Positions 11,148 to 24,408 of a stretch of 64,000 nucleotides of DNA are shown in pieces. The stretch is taken from NCBI GenBank assembly GCA_964016885.1, contig OZ024744.1:29202001-29266000 (forward strand), written 5' to 3'. A model generated the notes under the pieces. The model was not told where the DNA came from. It searched no databases and was given only the letters and a program-made list of their open reading frames with translations. How positions within the stretch are numbered: the stretch's first letter is position 1; each line of letters starts with the position of its first letter. The position numbers and the translations under genes are program-made. The stretch is from Eledone cirrhosa. Taxonomy: Eukaryota.

Positions 11148-14100
11148 TCTATGTGGTCCTATATGTGTGTATTACCTACCTGTGTATTGTATGTGGTCCT
11201 AGATGTGTGTATTACCTGCTAGTGTGTTGTATGTGGTCCTAGATTTGTGTATTACCTGCTTGTGTGTTGTATGTGGTCCTAGATTTGTGTATTACCTGCT
11301 TATGTGTTGTATGTGGTCCTAGATTTGTGTATTACCTGCTTGTGTGTTGTATGTGGTCCTAGATTTGTGTATTACCTGCTTATGTGTTGTATGTTATCCT
11401 AGATGTATGTATTACCTGCTTGTGTGTTGTATGTCGTCCTAGATGTGTGTATTACCAGCTTATGTGTTGTATGTGGTCATAGATGTGTGTATTACATGCT
11501 TAGGTATTGTACATGTGTGTATTACCTGCTTGTGTGTTGTAAGTGGTCCTAGATGTGTGTATTAACTGGTTGTGTGTTGTATGTGGTCCTAGATGTGTGT
11601 ATTACATGCGTGTGTGTTGTATGTGGCCCTGGATGTGTGTATTACCTGCTTCTGTGTTGTATGGGGTCGTAGATGTGTGTATTCCCCACCAGTGTGTGGT
11701 ATGTGGTACTAGACGTGTGCATTACCTACTTATGTGTTGTATGTGGTCCTAGGTAAGTGTATTACCTGCTGGTGTATTGTATGTTGTCCTAGATGTGTAT
11801 ATTACCTGCTTGTGTCTTGTATGTGGTCCTAGATATATGTAGTACATGCTTTTTTGTTGTATGTGGGCCTAGGTGTATGTATAATCTGCTTCTGTGTTGT
11901 ATGTGTTCCTAGATGTGTGTATTATCTACTTGTGTGTTGTATGTGGTCGTAGATGTGTGTATTACCTGCTTAGGTATTGTATGTGGTCCTAGATGAGTAT
12001 ATTACCTGCTTGTGTATTATATGTGATCTTAGATGTATGTATTATCTACTTGTGTATTGTATGTGGTCCTAGATTTGTGTATTACCTGCTTATGTGTTGT
12101 ATGTGGACCTAGATGTGTGTATTAGGTGCTCGTGTGTTGTATGTGGTCCTAGAAGTATGTATTACATGTTTGTGTACTGTATGTGGTTCTAGGTGTGTCT
12201 ATTACCTGCTTGTGTGTTGTATGTGGTCCTAGATGTATGTATTACCTGCTTGTGTGTTGTATGTAGTCCTAGATGTATGTATTACATGCTTGTGTGTTGT
12301 ATGTGGCCCTAGATGTTTGTATCACCTGCTTGTGGGTTGTATGTGGTCCTAGATGTATGTATTACCTGCTTGTGTGTTGTATGTGGTCCTAGATGTGTGT
12401 ATTACCTGCTTGTGTATTGTATGTGGTCCTAGATGTATGTATTAATGCTTGTATGTTGTATGTAGTCCTAGATGTATGTATTAACTGCTTGTGTGTTGTC
12501 TGTGATCCTATATGTATGTATTACCTGCTTGTGTGTCGTATGTGGTCCTAGATGTATTTATTACCTGCTTGTGTGTTGTATGTGGTCCTAGATAAGTGTA
12601 TTACCTGCTTGTGTGCTGTATGTGGTCCTAGATGTGTGTATTACCTGCTTGTGTGTTGTATCTGGTCCTAGATATATGTATTTTCTTGCTTGAGTGTTAT
12701 ATGCGGTCCTAGGTATGTGTATTACCAGCTTGTGCTGTATGTTGTCATAGATGAATGTATTACCTGCTTGTGTGTTTTATGTGGTCCTAGATGTATGTAT
12801 TAATGCTTGTATATTGTAGGTGGTCCTAGATGTGTGTATTACCTGCTGGTCTGTTGTCTGTGATCCTAGAGGTGTATATTACCTGCTTGTGTGTTGTATG
12901 TGGTCATAGATGTGTGTATGACATGCTTGTGTGATGTATGTCGTCCTACATGTATGTATTATCTACTTGTGTGTTGTATGTTGTCCTAGATGTATGTATT
13001 ATCTACTTGTGTATTGTATGTGGACATAGATGTGTCTTTTACCTGCTTAGGTATTGTATGTGGTCCTAGATGTGTATATTACCTGCTTGAGTGTTGTATG
13101 TAGTCCTAGATGTGTGTATTACCTGCTGGTGTGTTTTATGTAGTCCTAGATGTGTGTATTACCTGATTCTGTGTTGTATGTTGTCCTAGATGTATGTATT
13201 ATCTACTTTTGTATTATATGTGGTCATAGATGTGTGTATTACCTGCTTATTTGTTGTATGTGGTCCTAGATGTGTGTATTACGTGCTCGTCTGTTGTATG
13301 TGGTCCTAGATGTATGTATTACCTGCTTGTGGGTTGTATGTGGTCCTAGATGTATGTATTACCTGCTTGTGTATTGTATGTGGTCCTAGATGTGTATATT
13401 ACCTGCTAATGTATTGTATGTGGTCCCAGATGTATGTATTACTGCTTGTATGTTGTATGTGTTCCTAGATGTATGTATTACCTGCTTGTGTGTTGTCTGT
13501 GATCCTAGATGTGTATATTACCTGCTAATGTATTGTATGTGGTCCCAGATGTATGTATTACCTGCTTGTGTGTTGTATGTAGTCTTAGATGTATGTATTA
13601 CCTGCTTGTGTTTTGTATGTGGTCCTAGATTTGGCATTACAGATTGTGTGTTGTATGTGGTCCAAGATGTGTGTATTAGTTGCTAGTGTGTTTTATGTGG
13701 TCGTCGGTGTGTGTATTACCTGCTAGTGTATTACCTGTGTATGTGGTCCTAGAATTGTTTGTTACCTACTTGTTACCTGCTTGTGAATTGTATTTGTTCT
13801 TAGATGTGTGTATTACCTGCTTGTGTGTTGTATGTGGTCCTGGATGTGTGTATTACCTGCTTGTGTGTTGTATGTGGTCCTAGATGTGTGTATTACCTGC
13901 TTGTGTATTGTATGCGGCCCTAGATGTGTGTATTACCTGCTTGTGTGTTGTATGTGGTCCCAGATGTAGGTACTATCTGCTTGTGTATAGTATGTGGTCC
14001 AAGATCAATGTATTACCGTCTAATGTGTTGTATGTGGCCATAGATGTGTGTATTACCTGCTTGTGTGTTGTATGTGGTCCTGGATGTGTGTATTACCTGC

Positions 14101-17100
14101 TTGTGTGTTGTATGCGGCCCTAGATGTGTGTATTACCTGCTTGTGTTGTATGTGGTCCTAGATGTGTGTATTACCTGCTTGTGTGTCGTATGTGGTCCTA
14201 GATGTATGTATTACCTGCTTATGTGTTGTATGTGGTCCTAGATGTGTGTATTACCTGCTTATGTGTTGTATGTGGTCCTAGATGTGTGTATTACCTGCTT
14301 GTGTGTTGTATGTGGTCCTAGATGTATGTATTACCTGCTTGTGTGTTGTATGTGGTCCTAGATGTATGTATTACCTGCTTGTGTGTTGTATGTGGTCCTA
14401 TATATGTGTATTACCTGCTTGTGTGTTGTATGTGGTCCTAGATGTATGTATTACCTGCATGTGTGTTGTATGTGGTCCTAGATGTATGTATTACCTGCTT
14501 GTGTATTGTATGTGGTCCTAGATGTGTATATTACCTGCTAATGTATTGTATGTGGTCCCAGATGTATGTATTACTGCTTGTATGTTGTATGTGTTCCTAG
14601 ATGTATGTATTACCTGCTTGTGTGTTGTCTGTGATCCTAGATGTGTATATTACCTGCTAATGTATTGTATGTGGTCCCAGATGTATGTATTACCTGCTTG
14701 TGTGTTGTATGTAGTCTTAGATGTATGTATTACCTGCTTGTGTTTTGTATGTGGTCCTAGATTTGGCATTACAGATTGTGTGTTGTATGTGGTCCAAGAT
14801 GTGTGTATTAGTTGCTAGTGTGTTTTATGTGGTCGTCGGTGTGTGTATTACCTGCTAGTGTATTACCTGTGTATGTGGTCCTAGAATTGTTTGTTACCTA
14901 CTTGTTACCTGCTTGTGAATTGTATTTGTTCTTAGATGTGTGTATTACCTGCTTGTGTGTTGTATGTGGTCCTGGATGTGTGTATTACCTGCTTGTGTGT
15001 TGTATGTGGTCCTAGATGTGTGTATTACCTGCTTGTGTATTGTATGCGGCCCTAGATGTGTGTATTACCTGCTTGTGTGTTGTATGTGGTCCCAGATGTA
15101 GGTACTATCTGCTTGTGTATAGTATGTGGTCCAAGATCAATGTATTACCGTCTAATGTGTTGTATGTGGCCCTAGATGTGTGTATTACCTGCTTGTGTGT
15201 TGTATGTGGTCCTGGATGTGTGTATTACCTGCTTGTGTGTTGTATGCGGCCCTAGATGTGTGTATTACCTGCTTGTGTTGTATGTGGTCCTAGATGTGTG
15301 TATTACCTGCTTGTGTGTCGTATGTGGTCCTAGATGTATGTATTACCTGCTTATGTGTTGTATGTGGTCCTAGATGTGTGTATTACCTGCTTATGTGTTG
15401 TATGTGGTCCTAGATGTGTGTATTACCTGCTTGTGTGTTGTATGTGGTCCTATATATGTGTATTACCTGCTTGTGTGTTGTATGTGGTCCTAGATGTATG
15501 TATTACCTGCATGTGTGTTGTATGTGGTCCTAGATGTATGTATTACCTGCATGTGTGTTGTATGTGGTCCTAGATGTATGTATTACCTGCGCATGTGTTG
15601 CATTTGGTCTTAGATGTCTGCATTGTTTGCGTGTGTATTGTATGTGGTCCTAGATGTGTGTATTACCTGCTTGTGTGTTGTATGTGGTCCTAGATGTATA
15701 TATTACCTGCTTATGTGTTGTATGTGGTCCTAAATCTGTGTATTACCTGCTTGTTTATGGTATGTGATCTTAGATATTTGTATTACATGCTTGTGTTGTA
15801 TGTGGTTCTAGAAATGTGTATTACCTGCTTGTGCGTTGTATGCAGTTCTAGATGTGTGTATTAACTGCGTATGTGTCGTATGTGTTCCTAGATATATGTG
15901 TTACCTGCTTGTGAATTGTATTTGTTCCTAGATGTGTGTATTACCTGCTTGTGTATTGTATGTGGTCTTAGATGTGAGTATTACCTGCTTGTTTGTTGTA
16001 TGTGGTCCTAGATGTCTGTATTACCTGCTTGTGTATTGTATGCGGCCCTAGATGTGTGTATTACCTGCTTGTGTGTTGTATGTGGTCCCAGATGTAGGTA
16101 CTATCTGCTTGTGTATAGTATGTGGTCCAAGATCAATGTATTACCGTCTAATGTGTTGTATGCTGTCCTAGGTGAGTGTATTACCTACTTATGCGTTGTA
16201 TGGGGTCCCAGATGTGGTATTACTGCTTGTGTCTAGTATGTGGTCCCAGATATGTGTATTACCTGCTTGTGTCTTGTATGTGTTCCTAGATATATGTATT
16301 ACCTGCTTGTGTGCTGTATGTGTTCCTAGAAATATGTATTACCTGCTTGTGTGTTGTGTGTGTTCCTAGATATATGTATTAACTGCTAGTGTGTATGTGT
16401 TACTAGATGTATGTATTACCTGATTGTGTGTTGTATGTGGTCATAGATGGTTGTTTTACCTGCTTATGGGTTGTATGTGGTCCTAGATGTATGTATTACC
16501 TGATTGGTGTGTTGTATTTGGCCACTGATGTGTGTATTACCTGCATGTGTAATGTATGTGGTCCTGGATGTGTGAATTACCGCTTCTGTGTTGTATGAGG
16601 TCCTAGATGTATGTATTACCTGCTTGTGTGTTGTACGTGGTCCTAGATGTGGGTATTACCTGCTTGTCTGTTGTATGTGGTCCTAGATGTATGTATTACC
16701 TGCTTGTGTGTTGTATATGGTCCTAGATGTATGTATTACTGCTTGTGTGTTGTATGTAGTCCTAGATGTGTGTATTACCTGCATGTGTTTTGTATGTGGG
16801 CCTAGATGTATGTATTACTGCGTATTTGTTACATTTGGTCTTAAATGTATGTATTACCTGCTTGCGTATGGTATGTGATCTTAGATGTTTGTATTACCTG
16901 CTTGTTTGTTGTATGTGGTTCTAGAAATCTGTATTACCTGCTTGTTTGTTGTATGTGATCCTAGATGTATGTATTAACTGCTTCTGTGTTGTATGTAGTT
17001 CTAGATGTGTGTATTAACTGCGTAAGTGTTGTATGTGGTCCTAGATCTATGTGTTAAATGCTTGTGAATTGTATTTGTTCCTAGATGTGTGTATTACCTG

Positions 17101-20100
17101 CTTGCGTATTGTATGTGGTCTTTGATGTGTGTATTACCTGCTTGTTTGTTGTATGTGGTCCTAGATGTGTGTATTACCTGTTTGTGTATTGTATGTGGCC
17201 CTAGATGTGTCTATTACCTGCTTCTGTGTTGTATCTGGTCCTAGAGGTGTGTACTAACAGCTTGTGTGTTATATGTGGTCCTAAATGTGTGTATTAGCTG
17301 CTTGTGTATTGCATGTGGTCCTAGACGCATTTATTACCTGCTTGTGTGGTGTATGTGGTCCTGCATGTATGTATTAACTCCTTATGTGTTGTATGTAGTC
17401 CTATATATTTGTATTAACTGATTGTGCGTTGTATGTGGTCCTAGATGTGTGTATTACCTGGTTGTGTTTTGTATGTGTTCCTAGATGTATGTATTACAGC
17501 TTGTGTATTGTATGTGGTCCTAGATGTGTGTATTATCTGCTTGTGTGTTGTATGTGGTCCTAGAGGTGTGTATTACCTACTTGTCTATTGTATGTGGTCC
17601 TAGATGTAGGTATTACCTGCTTGTCTACTGTATGTGGTCCTAGGTGTGTGTATTAGCTGTTAGTTGGTTGTATTTTGTCCTAGAGGTGTGTATTACCTGC
17701 TTGTGTACTTTATGTGATCCTAGATGTGTGTAGTACCCGCTTGTGTGTTGTATGTGGTCCTACATGTGTGTATTGTATGTGATCCTAGATGTGTGTATTC
17801 ACCGCTTGTGTATTGTATGTGTGTTATATTTGGTCCTATATCTATGAATTAACTGCTTGTGTGTTGTATGTGGTCCTAGATGTATGTATTATCTACTTGT
17901 GTAAGGTATGTATTCCTAGATGTGTGTATTACCTGATTGTGTGTTGTATGTGGTCCTAGTTGTGTGTATTCCCTGCTTGTGTGTTGTATGTGGTCCTAGA
18001 TGTGTGTATTACTGCTTGTGTGTTGTATGTATTCCTAGAAAAGTGTATTACCTGCTGGTGTGTTGTATGTGGTCCTAGATGTATGTATTACCTGCTTGTG
18101 TGTTGTATGTGGTCCTAGATATGTGTATTACCTGATTATGTATTGTATGTGGTCCTAGATGTGTGTATTACCAGCTTGTGTATTGTATATGGTCCTAGAT
18201 GTGTGAATTACCTGCTTATGTGTTATATGTGTTCCTAGATATGTGTATTAACTACTTGTTTATTAAATGTGATCCTAGATGTGTGTAATACCTGTTGGTA
18301 TGTTGTATGTGTTCCTAGATGTATGTATTACCTGCTTGTGTGTTGTATGTGGTCCAAGATGTGTGTATTTTATGTGATCCTTGATGTGTATTACCTGCTT
18401 GTGTGTTGTATTTGGTCCTAGATATGTGTTTTAACCGCTTGTGTATTGTATGTGTGTGATATGTGGTTCTAGATCTGTGTATTAACTGCTTGTGTGTTCT
18501 ATGTGGTCCTAGATGATTGTATTATCTACTTGTGTATTGTATGTGTTCCTAGATGTGTGTATTAGCTGATTGTATGTTGTATGTGATCCTAGATGGATGT
18601 ATTACTTAGTAGTGTGTTGTATGCGGTCATAAATGTATGTATTACCAACCTGTGCATTGTATGTGTTGCTAGCACTATGTATTACCTGCTTATGTGATGT
18701 ATGTGGTCCTAGTTGTGTTTATTACAGCTTCTGTGTTGTATGTGGTCCTAGATGTACGTATTACCTGCTTGTGTGCTGTATGTAGTCCTAGATGTATGTA
18801 TTACCTGCTTGTCTGTTGTATGTGGTCCTAGATGTGTGTATTACTGCTTCTCTGTTCTATGTGGTTACCTGCTGGTATGTTGTATGTGGTCCTAGATATG
18901 TGTATTACGTGCTTATGTGTTGTATGTGGTCCTAGATGTATGTATTACCTGGTGGTGTGTTGTATGTCGTCCTAGATGTGTGTATTACCTGCTTGTGTAT
19001 TTATATGGTCCAAGATGTGAATAATACCTGCTTATGTGTTGTATGTTGCCCTAGATGTGTGTATTACCTGCTTGTGTGTTGTATTTGTTCCTAGATGTAT
19101 GTATTACCTCCTGGTGTGTTGTATGTGGACCTAGATATGTATATTACCTACTTGATTATTATGTGTGGTCCTAGATGTATGTATTACCTGCTTGTGTGTT
19201 ATATTTATTCCTAGATGTATGTATTACCAGCTTGTGTATTGTTTGTGTTCCTAGATGTGTGTATTACCCACTTATGTGATGTATGTATTCTTAGATATGC
19301 TATTACTGCTTGTGTGTTGTATGTGGTCATATATGTATGTATTACCTGCTTGGGTGCTCTATGGGTCCTAGATATATGTATTACCTGATTGTGTGTTGTA
19401 TGTGATCCCAGATGTGTGCATTACCTGCTTGTGTGTTATATTTGATCCTAGATCTATATATTACCTGCTTGTGTGTTGTATGTAGTGCTAGATGTATGTA
19501 TTACCAGTTTGTGTATTGTATGTTGTACTAGATGTGTGTATTACTTGCTTGTGTGTTGTGTGTGGTCTTAGATGTCTGTATTACCTGCTTGTGTGTTGTA
19601 TGTAGTCCTAGATGTGTGTATTACCTGCTTGTGTGTTGTAAGTGCTCCTAGATGTATGTATTACTGCTTGTGTGTTTTATGTGATCCTACATGTGTGTAT
19701 TACCTGCTTCTGTGTTGTATGTGGTCCTAGTTGTGTGTATTCCCTGTTTCTGTATTGTATGTAGTCCTAGATGTATATATTACTGCTAGTGTGTTGTATT
19801 TGTTCCTAGATGTATGTATTACCTGATTGGTCTGTTGTATGTGGCCCTAGATGGGTGTATTACCTGCTTGTGTGTTGCATGTGGTCCTAGTTTATATTGC
19901 CTGCTTGTTTGATGTATATCGTCTTAGATGTATGTATTATCTGCTTGTGTGCTGTATGTGGTGCTAGATGTATATATTGCCTGCTTGTGTGTTGTATGTG
20001 GTCCTAGACGTGGGTATTACCTGCTTATGTGTTGTATGTGGTCCTAGATATATCTATTAATGCTTGTGTGCTGTATGTTATCCTAGATGTATGTATTACT

Positions 20101-21560
20101 GCTTCTGGGTTATATGTTGTCCTAGATGTGTGTATTACCTGCTTCTGTATTGTATGTGGTCCTAGATGTATGTATTACCTGCTTGTATGTTGTATGTGGT
20201 CCTAGATGTATCAATTACTGCTTGTGTGTCATATGTAGTCCTATATATGTGTATTACCTGATTATGTGTTTTATGTGGTACTACATGTATGTGTTACCTG
20301 CTTGGGTGTTGTATTTGCTCCTACATGCATGTATCACCTGCTTGTGTATTGTATGTGTTCCTAGATGTGTGTATTACCTTCTTGTGTATTGTGTGTGTTC
20401 CTAGATGTATGTATTACCTTCTTGTGTGTTGTATGTGTTCCTATATGTGTGTATTACCTGCTTGTGTGTTGTATGTGGTCCTAGATGTGTGTATTACTGT
20501 TTGTGTGTTTTATGTGGTCCTAGATATATGTATTGCCTGCTTGTGTGTTGTATGTGATCCTAGATGTATGTAATACCTACTTATGTGTTATATGTTGTCC
20601 TAGATAAGTGTATTACCTGATTATGTTTTGTATGTGGTCCTAGATGCATGTATTACCTGCTTGTGAGTTTTATATGATCCTAGATGTATGTATTATCTGC
20701 TTGTGTGTCGTATGTGGTCCTAGATGTATATATTACATGCTTGTGTGTTGTATGTGGTCCTTGATGTATGTATTACTGCTTGTATGATGTATGTAGTGAT
20801 GTATGTGTGTATTACCTGCTTATGTGTTGTATGTGGTCCTACATGTATGTATTATCTGAGTATGTGTTGTATATGAGCCTAGATGTATGTATTACCTGCT
20901 TGTGTGTTGCATGTGGTCCTAGGTGTATGTGTTTCCTGTTTGTGAGTTGGTTTTGGTCCTAGATGTGTGTATTACCTGCTTTTGTATTGTATGTGATCTT
21001 AGATGTGTGTATTGCCTGATTATGTTTTGTATGTAGTCCTACTTGTGTTTAACTGATTCTGTGTTTTATATCGTCCTATATGTGTGTATTACCTGCATGT
21101 GTGTTGTATGTGTTCCTAGATGCATGTTTTAACAGCTAGTGTGTTGTATTTGTTCCTAGATGTATGTATTGCCTGATTGGTGTGTTCTATTTGGCCCTAG
21201 ATGTGTGTATTAACTGCATGTGTGTTGTATGTGGTCCTAGATATATGTATTGCCGGCTAATGTGTTGTATGTGGTCCTACATATCGTATTAATGCTTGTG
21301 TGTTGTATGTATTCCTAGATGTATATATTACCTGCTTGTATGTTTTATGTGGTCCAAGATGTGTTTTACCTGCTTGTGTGTTGTATGTGGTCCTATGTGT
21401 ATGTATTATCTGCTAGTGTGTTGTATGTTGTCTTAGGTATGTGTATTACCTGCTTGTGTGTTGTACGTGGTCCTAGATGTATGTATTTCTTGCTTGGGTG
21501 TTGTATGTGTTCCTTTATATATTTACTTCTTGCTTGTGTGTGGTATGCCCTATGTGTGTG
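11148..21560 (+). repeat. 40-bp satellite array (~10.4 kb, ~260 units)
   Basis: Consensus tgtatgtggtcctagatgtgtgtattacctgcttgtgtgt. Higher-order duplication with period 1132 bp (13390-14521 vs 14522 onward). Confidence 0.97.
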
Positions 21561-21561
21561 T

Positions 21562-22786
21562 ATTCGATGGCAATACTTACAAGCAAATATCGGGGACTGC
21601 GATAGGCACAAAAGCCGCTCCAACTTATGCCAACTTAGTCATGGCATACTTAGAAGTCCAGATATATGAACAGTCCAAATCAAAATACGGATTGAACTTC
21701 CACAAATATTTATCAGAGAATTGGAAACGCTACTTGGATGATTGCCTCATTCTTTGGTCCCACACACTCGACCAACTGAAGGATTTCAAAAACTTAATAA
21801 ACGGCATCAATAACCACATCCAATTCACAATGGAATACAGCCAAGATCAACTCCCATTTCTGGACATCTTAATCACAAAAAAAGACACAAATATCGAAAC
21901 TGACATACACTACAAACCAACAGATTCCAAACAATATCTGCTATTCACCCCCAACCATCCAAAGCACACGAAGACGAACATTCCTTTTAACCTAGCAAGA
22001 AGAATTTGCACAATTGTCTCCAATTATGAAACGCGAAATAAAAGACTTCAAGAATTAAAGGAAATTCTACTTGAGAGAAAGTACCCACTATTACTAATAA
22101 ATAATGGAATAGAAAGGGCTAAAGCAATAGGCATTGATGAATTACGGAAACAGAAACAAATTCAAGGTACGTCCAATATTCTATCATATATCTCAACACA
22201 CAACCCAAGAAATGCGGAAGCTTACAACACTATTCACAATAACATCCCACTACTAAAACAAAACCCAAGAATGAAAAAAGCCCTTGAAACACACAAAATA
22301 ATCAAAAGCAAAAGACAACCAAAATCACTGAAAACATTACTCACCAATGCCAAATTACCTACCACAAACCCACAACCAAGTATCAAAAAATGTGGTCGCT
22401 CTAATTGTGGAACCTGCACTCACCTCATTGAAGGCAACACGTATACATTTAAATCAGGACAAAATTTTACTGTAAAAAATCACTTCACTTGCTCATCAAA
22501 AAATCTAATTTATGCCATTAAATGTAAAGGATGCAATGAAGATTATATAGGACAAACTAAACTCACACTCAGAAACAGAATGACAGTTCATCGCCAACAA
22601 TTACGAGATCCAACCACGAGACAAATACCACTAAGTGCACATCTAGACATTTGCGCAAGTAATAAGACACCCAAATTCCAAGTCTTCCCATTTTACCTTT
22701 GCGCTAACAATACAACAGAACAAATGCGAATAAATAAGGAAAATATGTTTATTCAAAAATATAGACCAACATTAAATAAGGTTTAA
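21562..22786 (+). CDS. 5'-truncated Penelope-like element ORF: reverse transcriptase C-half + GIY-YIG endonuclease
   Basis: YKQISGTAIGTKAAPTYANLVM, RYLDD, LPFLD, CGRSNCGTC, NLIYAIKC..C...YIGQT..LRNRMTVH..PLSAH..ENMFIQKYRPTLN. The N-terminus of ORF 21458 is satellite read-through. Confidence 0.9.
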
Positions 22787-23986
22787 TATACATTATGTCA
22801 ACACCACAATATGACATACACACACACACATAACACCTACTTTAGAAAATAAAAACCCGAACTAAATAAACCTTAAACATACGTTTGCACTGGCAATACA
22901 ACAGCAAACACGAAAAAGTCAGGAAAATATGTTCATTCAAAAATATTCCTACTAAAGGAATCATTTTCCTACACACACACATACACACACACAATATATA
23001 TATATATATATATATATTCTCTTCATCTTAACATGCTAACCATACTCCCACACACATAACACCCATACACACACATAAAAACCCCCACACCTACAACACC
23101 CTCCCCATTTCTACTAATAGAACCACTTTCCTACACACATATATATATACACACACACAAAAAATATATATTCTCTCTATCTAACATACTCGCACACACA
23201 CACATAACACCCATATACACACACACACAACTCCCTCCCCCATCTCTACTAATAGAATCATCTTCCAATACACACATACACACACACACATATACACACA
23301 CACAAGCACACAAATAAACACATATCTTCAGTCTCAATAGAAAATCTGAACTCTGACACCTGAACTCTGACAGCTGGCCATATTCACTGAACCAGAACAT
23401 TTCTCCCAATCCCTTTTCCCTTGACCACTATCTCTCCATTGTCATAACATTCACTATAGACTACAGAATAGTTTTCCAAATAAGGGCGCAAAAATGTAAT
23501 GAAAACTTGTTCACGTGACAGCCAAATTTCATTTATAACCAACCAAAAAAAAGCCTTCGTGAGCCTCATTTTTTCAAGTAAAAAGAAATTCAAACACTCA
23601 TATATGAAAAAACAACCTGTGACAACCCCCCCCCCCCCTCTCTTATTTGAAGAACTATTGTAACGCGAACTGGCGCAAAATTTATTATAATTATTGACAA
23701 ACCAATCAAATTACTTCTCGAAAAACCTGGTTTTCGAGCCAGTTTTTCCATATAAAACAAGTAACATTTAGAGACCAACCAGATGTGAGAAAAACCACAG
23801 ACCCTCCATCTCAACTCACCTTTTGAAAAGCAGAAGAACTGCGAAACCGGTAAAGGAACCAAATAAATATATATATTTTTAAAAAAATAAGACTTCAGTT
23901 GCATTTTCGATTTCATCCCTTTTTCTTTATACTTCCACTCGTGTAGGACACCTCGGTTATTTTTCATTTTGTAAAAAAAACCTCAC

Positions 23987-24027
<41 letters not shown>

Positions 24028-24248
24028 TAACAGATTAGAGTAAAGCAAAGAATCGCTGCTTTCACCCTTAACGGAATCTTCTGAAACTAAAATAAAAAAA
24101 ATCAACCTGTAAACGCAGAAGTAAATATTTCGAAAAACGTTACACACACTATATCTATATATATATATATAACGAAGGAAATGTGGTAAGGAACCAGGTG
24201 GACCATAACGCACCAAAGTACTCAATACTTGAGGTAGTAGAGTGGGTA

Positions 24249-24356
24249 ATAGGAACCAGTAAGACCCCGACAGCTGAGCTCAAGCCGTTTCGACGGCTAA
24301 TTCTCAGAATTAGCCGTCGAAACGGCTTGAGCTCAGCTGTCGGGGTCTTACTGGTT

Positions 24357-24361
<5 letters not shown>
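24249..24361. repeat. Perfect 56-bp-arm palindrome containing the 3' half of a hammerhead (Penelope pLTR-like fold-back)
   Basis: Arms 24249-24304 and 24306-24361. Contains GAAAcggc ttgagctca gctgTC. Flank gtattgagtac (-) is shared with the 332-520 element. Confidence 0.85.

Positions 24362-24405
<44 letters not shown>

Positions 24406-24408
<3 letters not shown>

Noticed and set aside
11148-21560. CRISPR-like regular repeats and Cys/Val/Tyr-rich ORFs
   Set aside because: Contiguous 40-bp monomers with no unique spacers and no cas genes. The ORFs are translations of satellite DNA.
22787-23990. Hammerhead expected downstream of the Penelope ORF
   Set aside because: No CTGANGA...GAAA fold found on +. 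The ctgaaga at 23325-23331 (-) has no stems.
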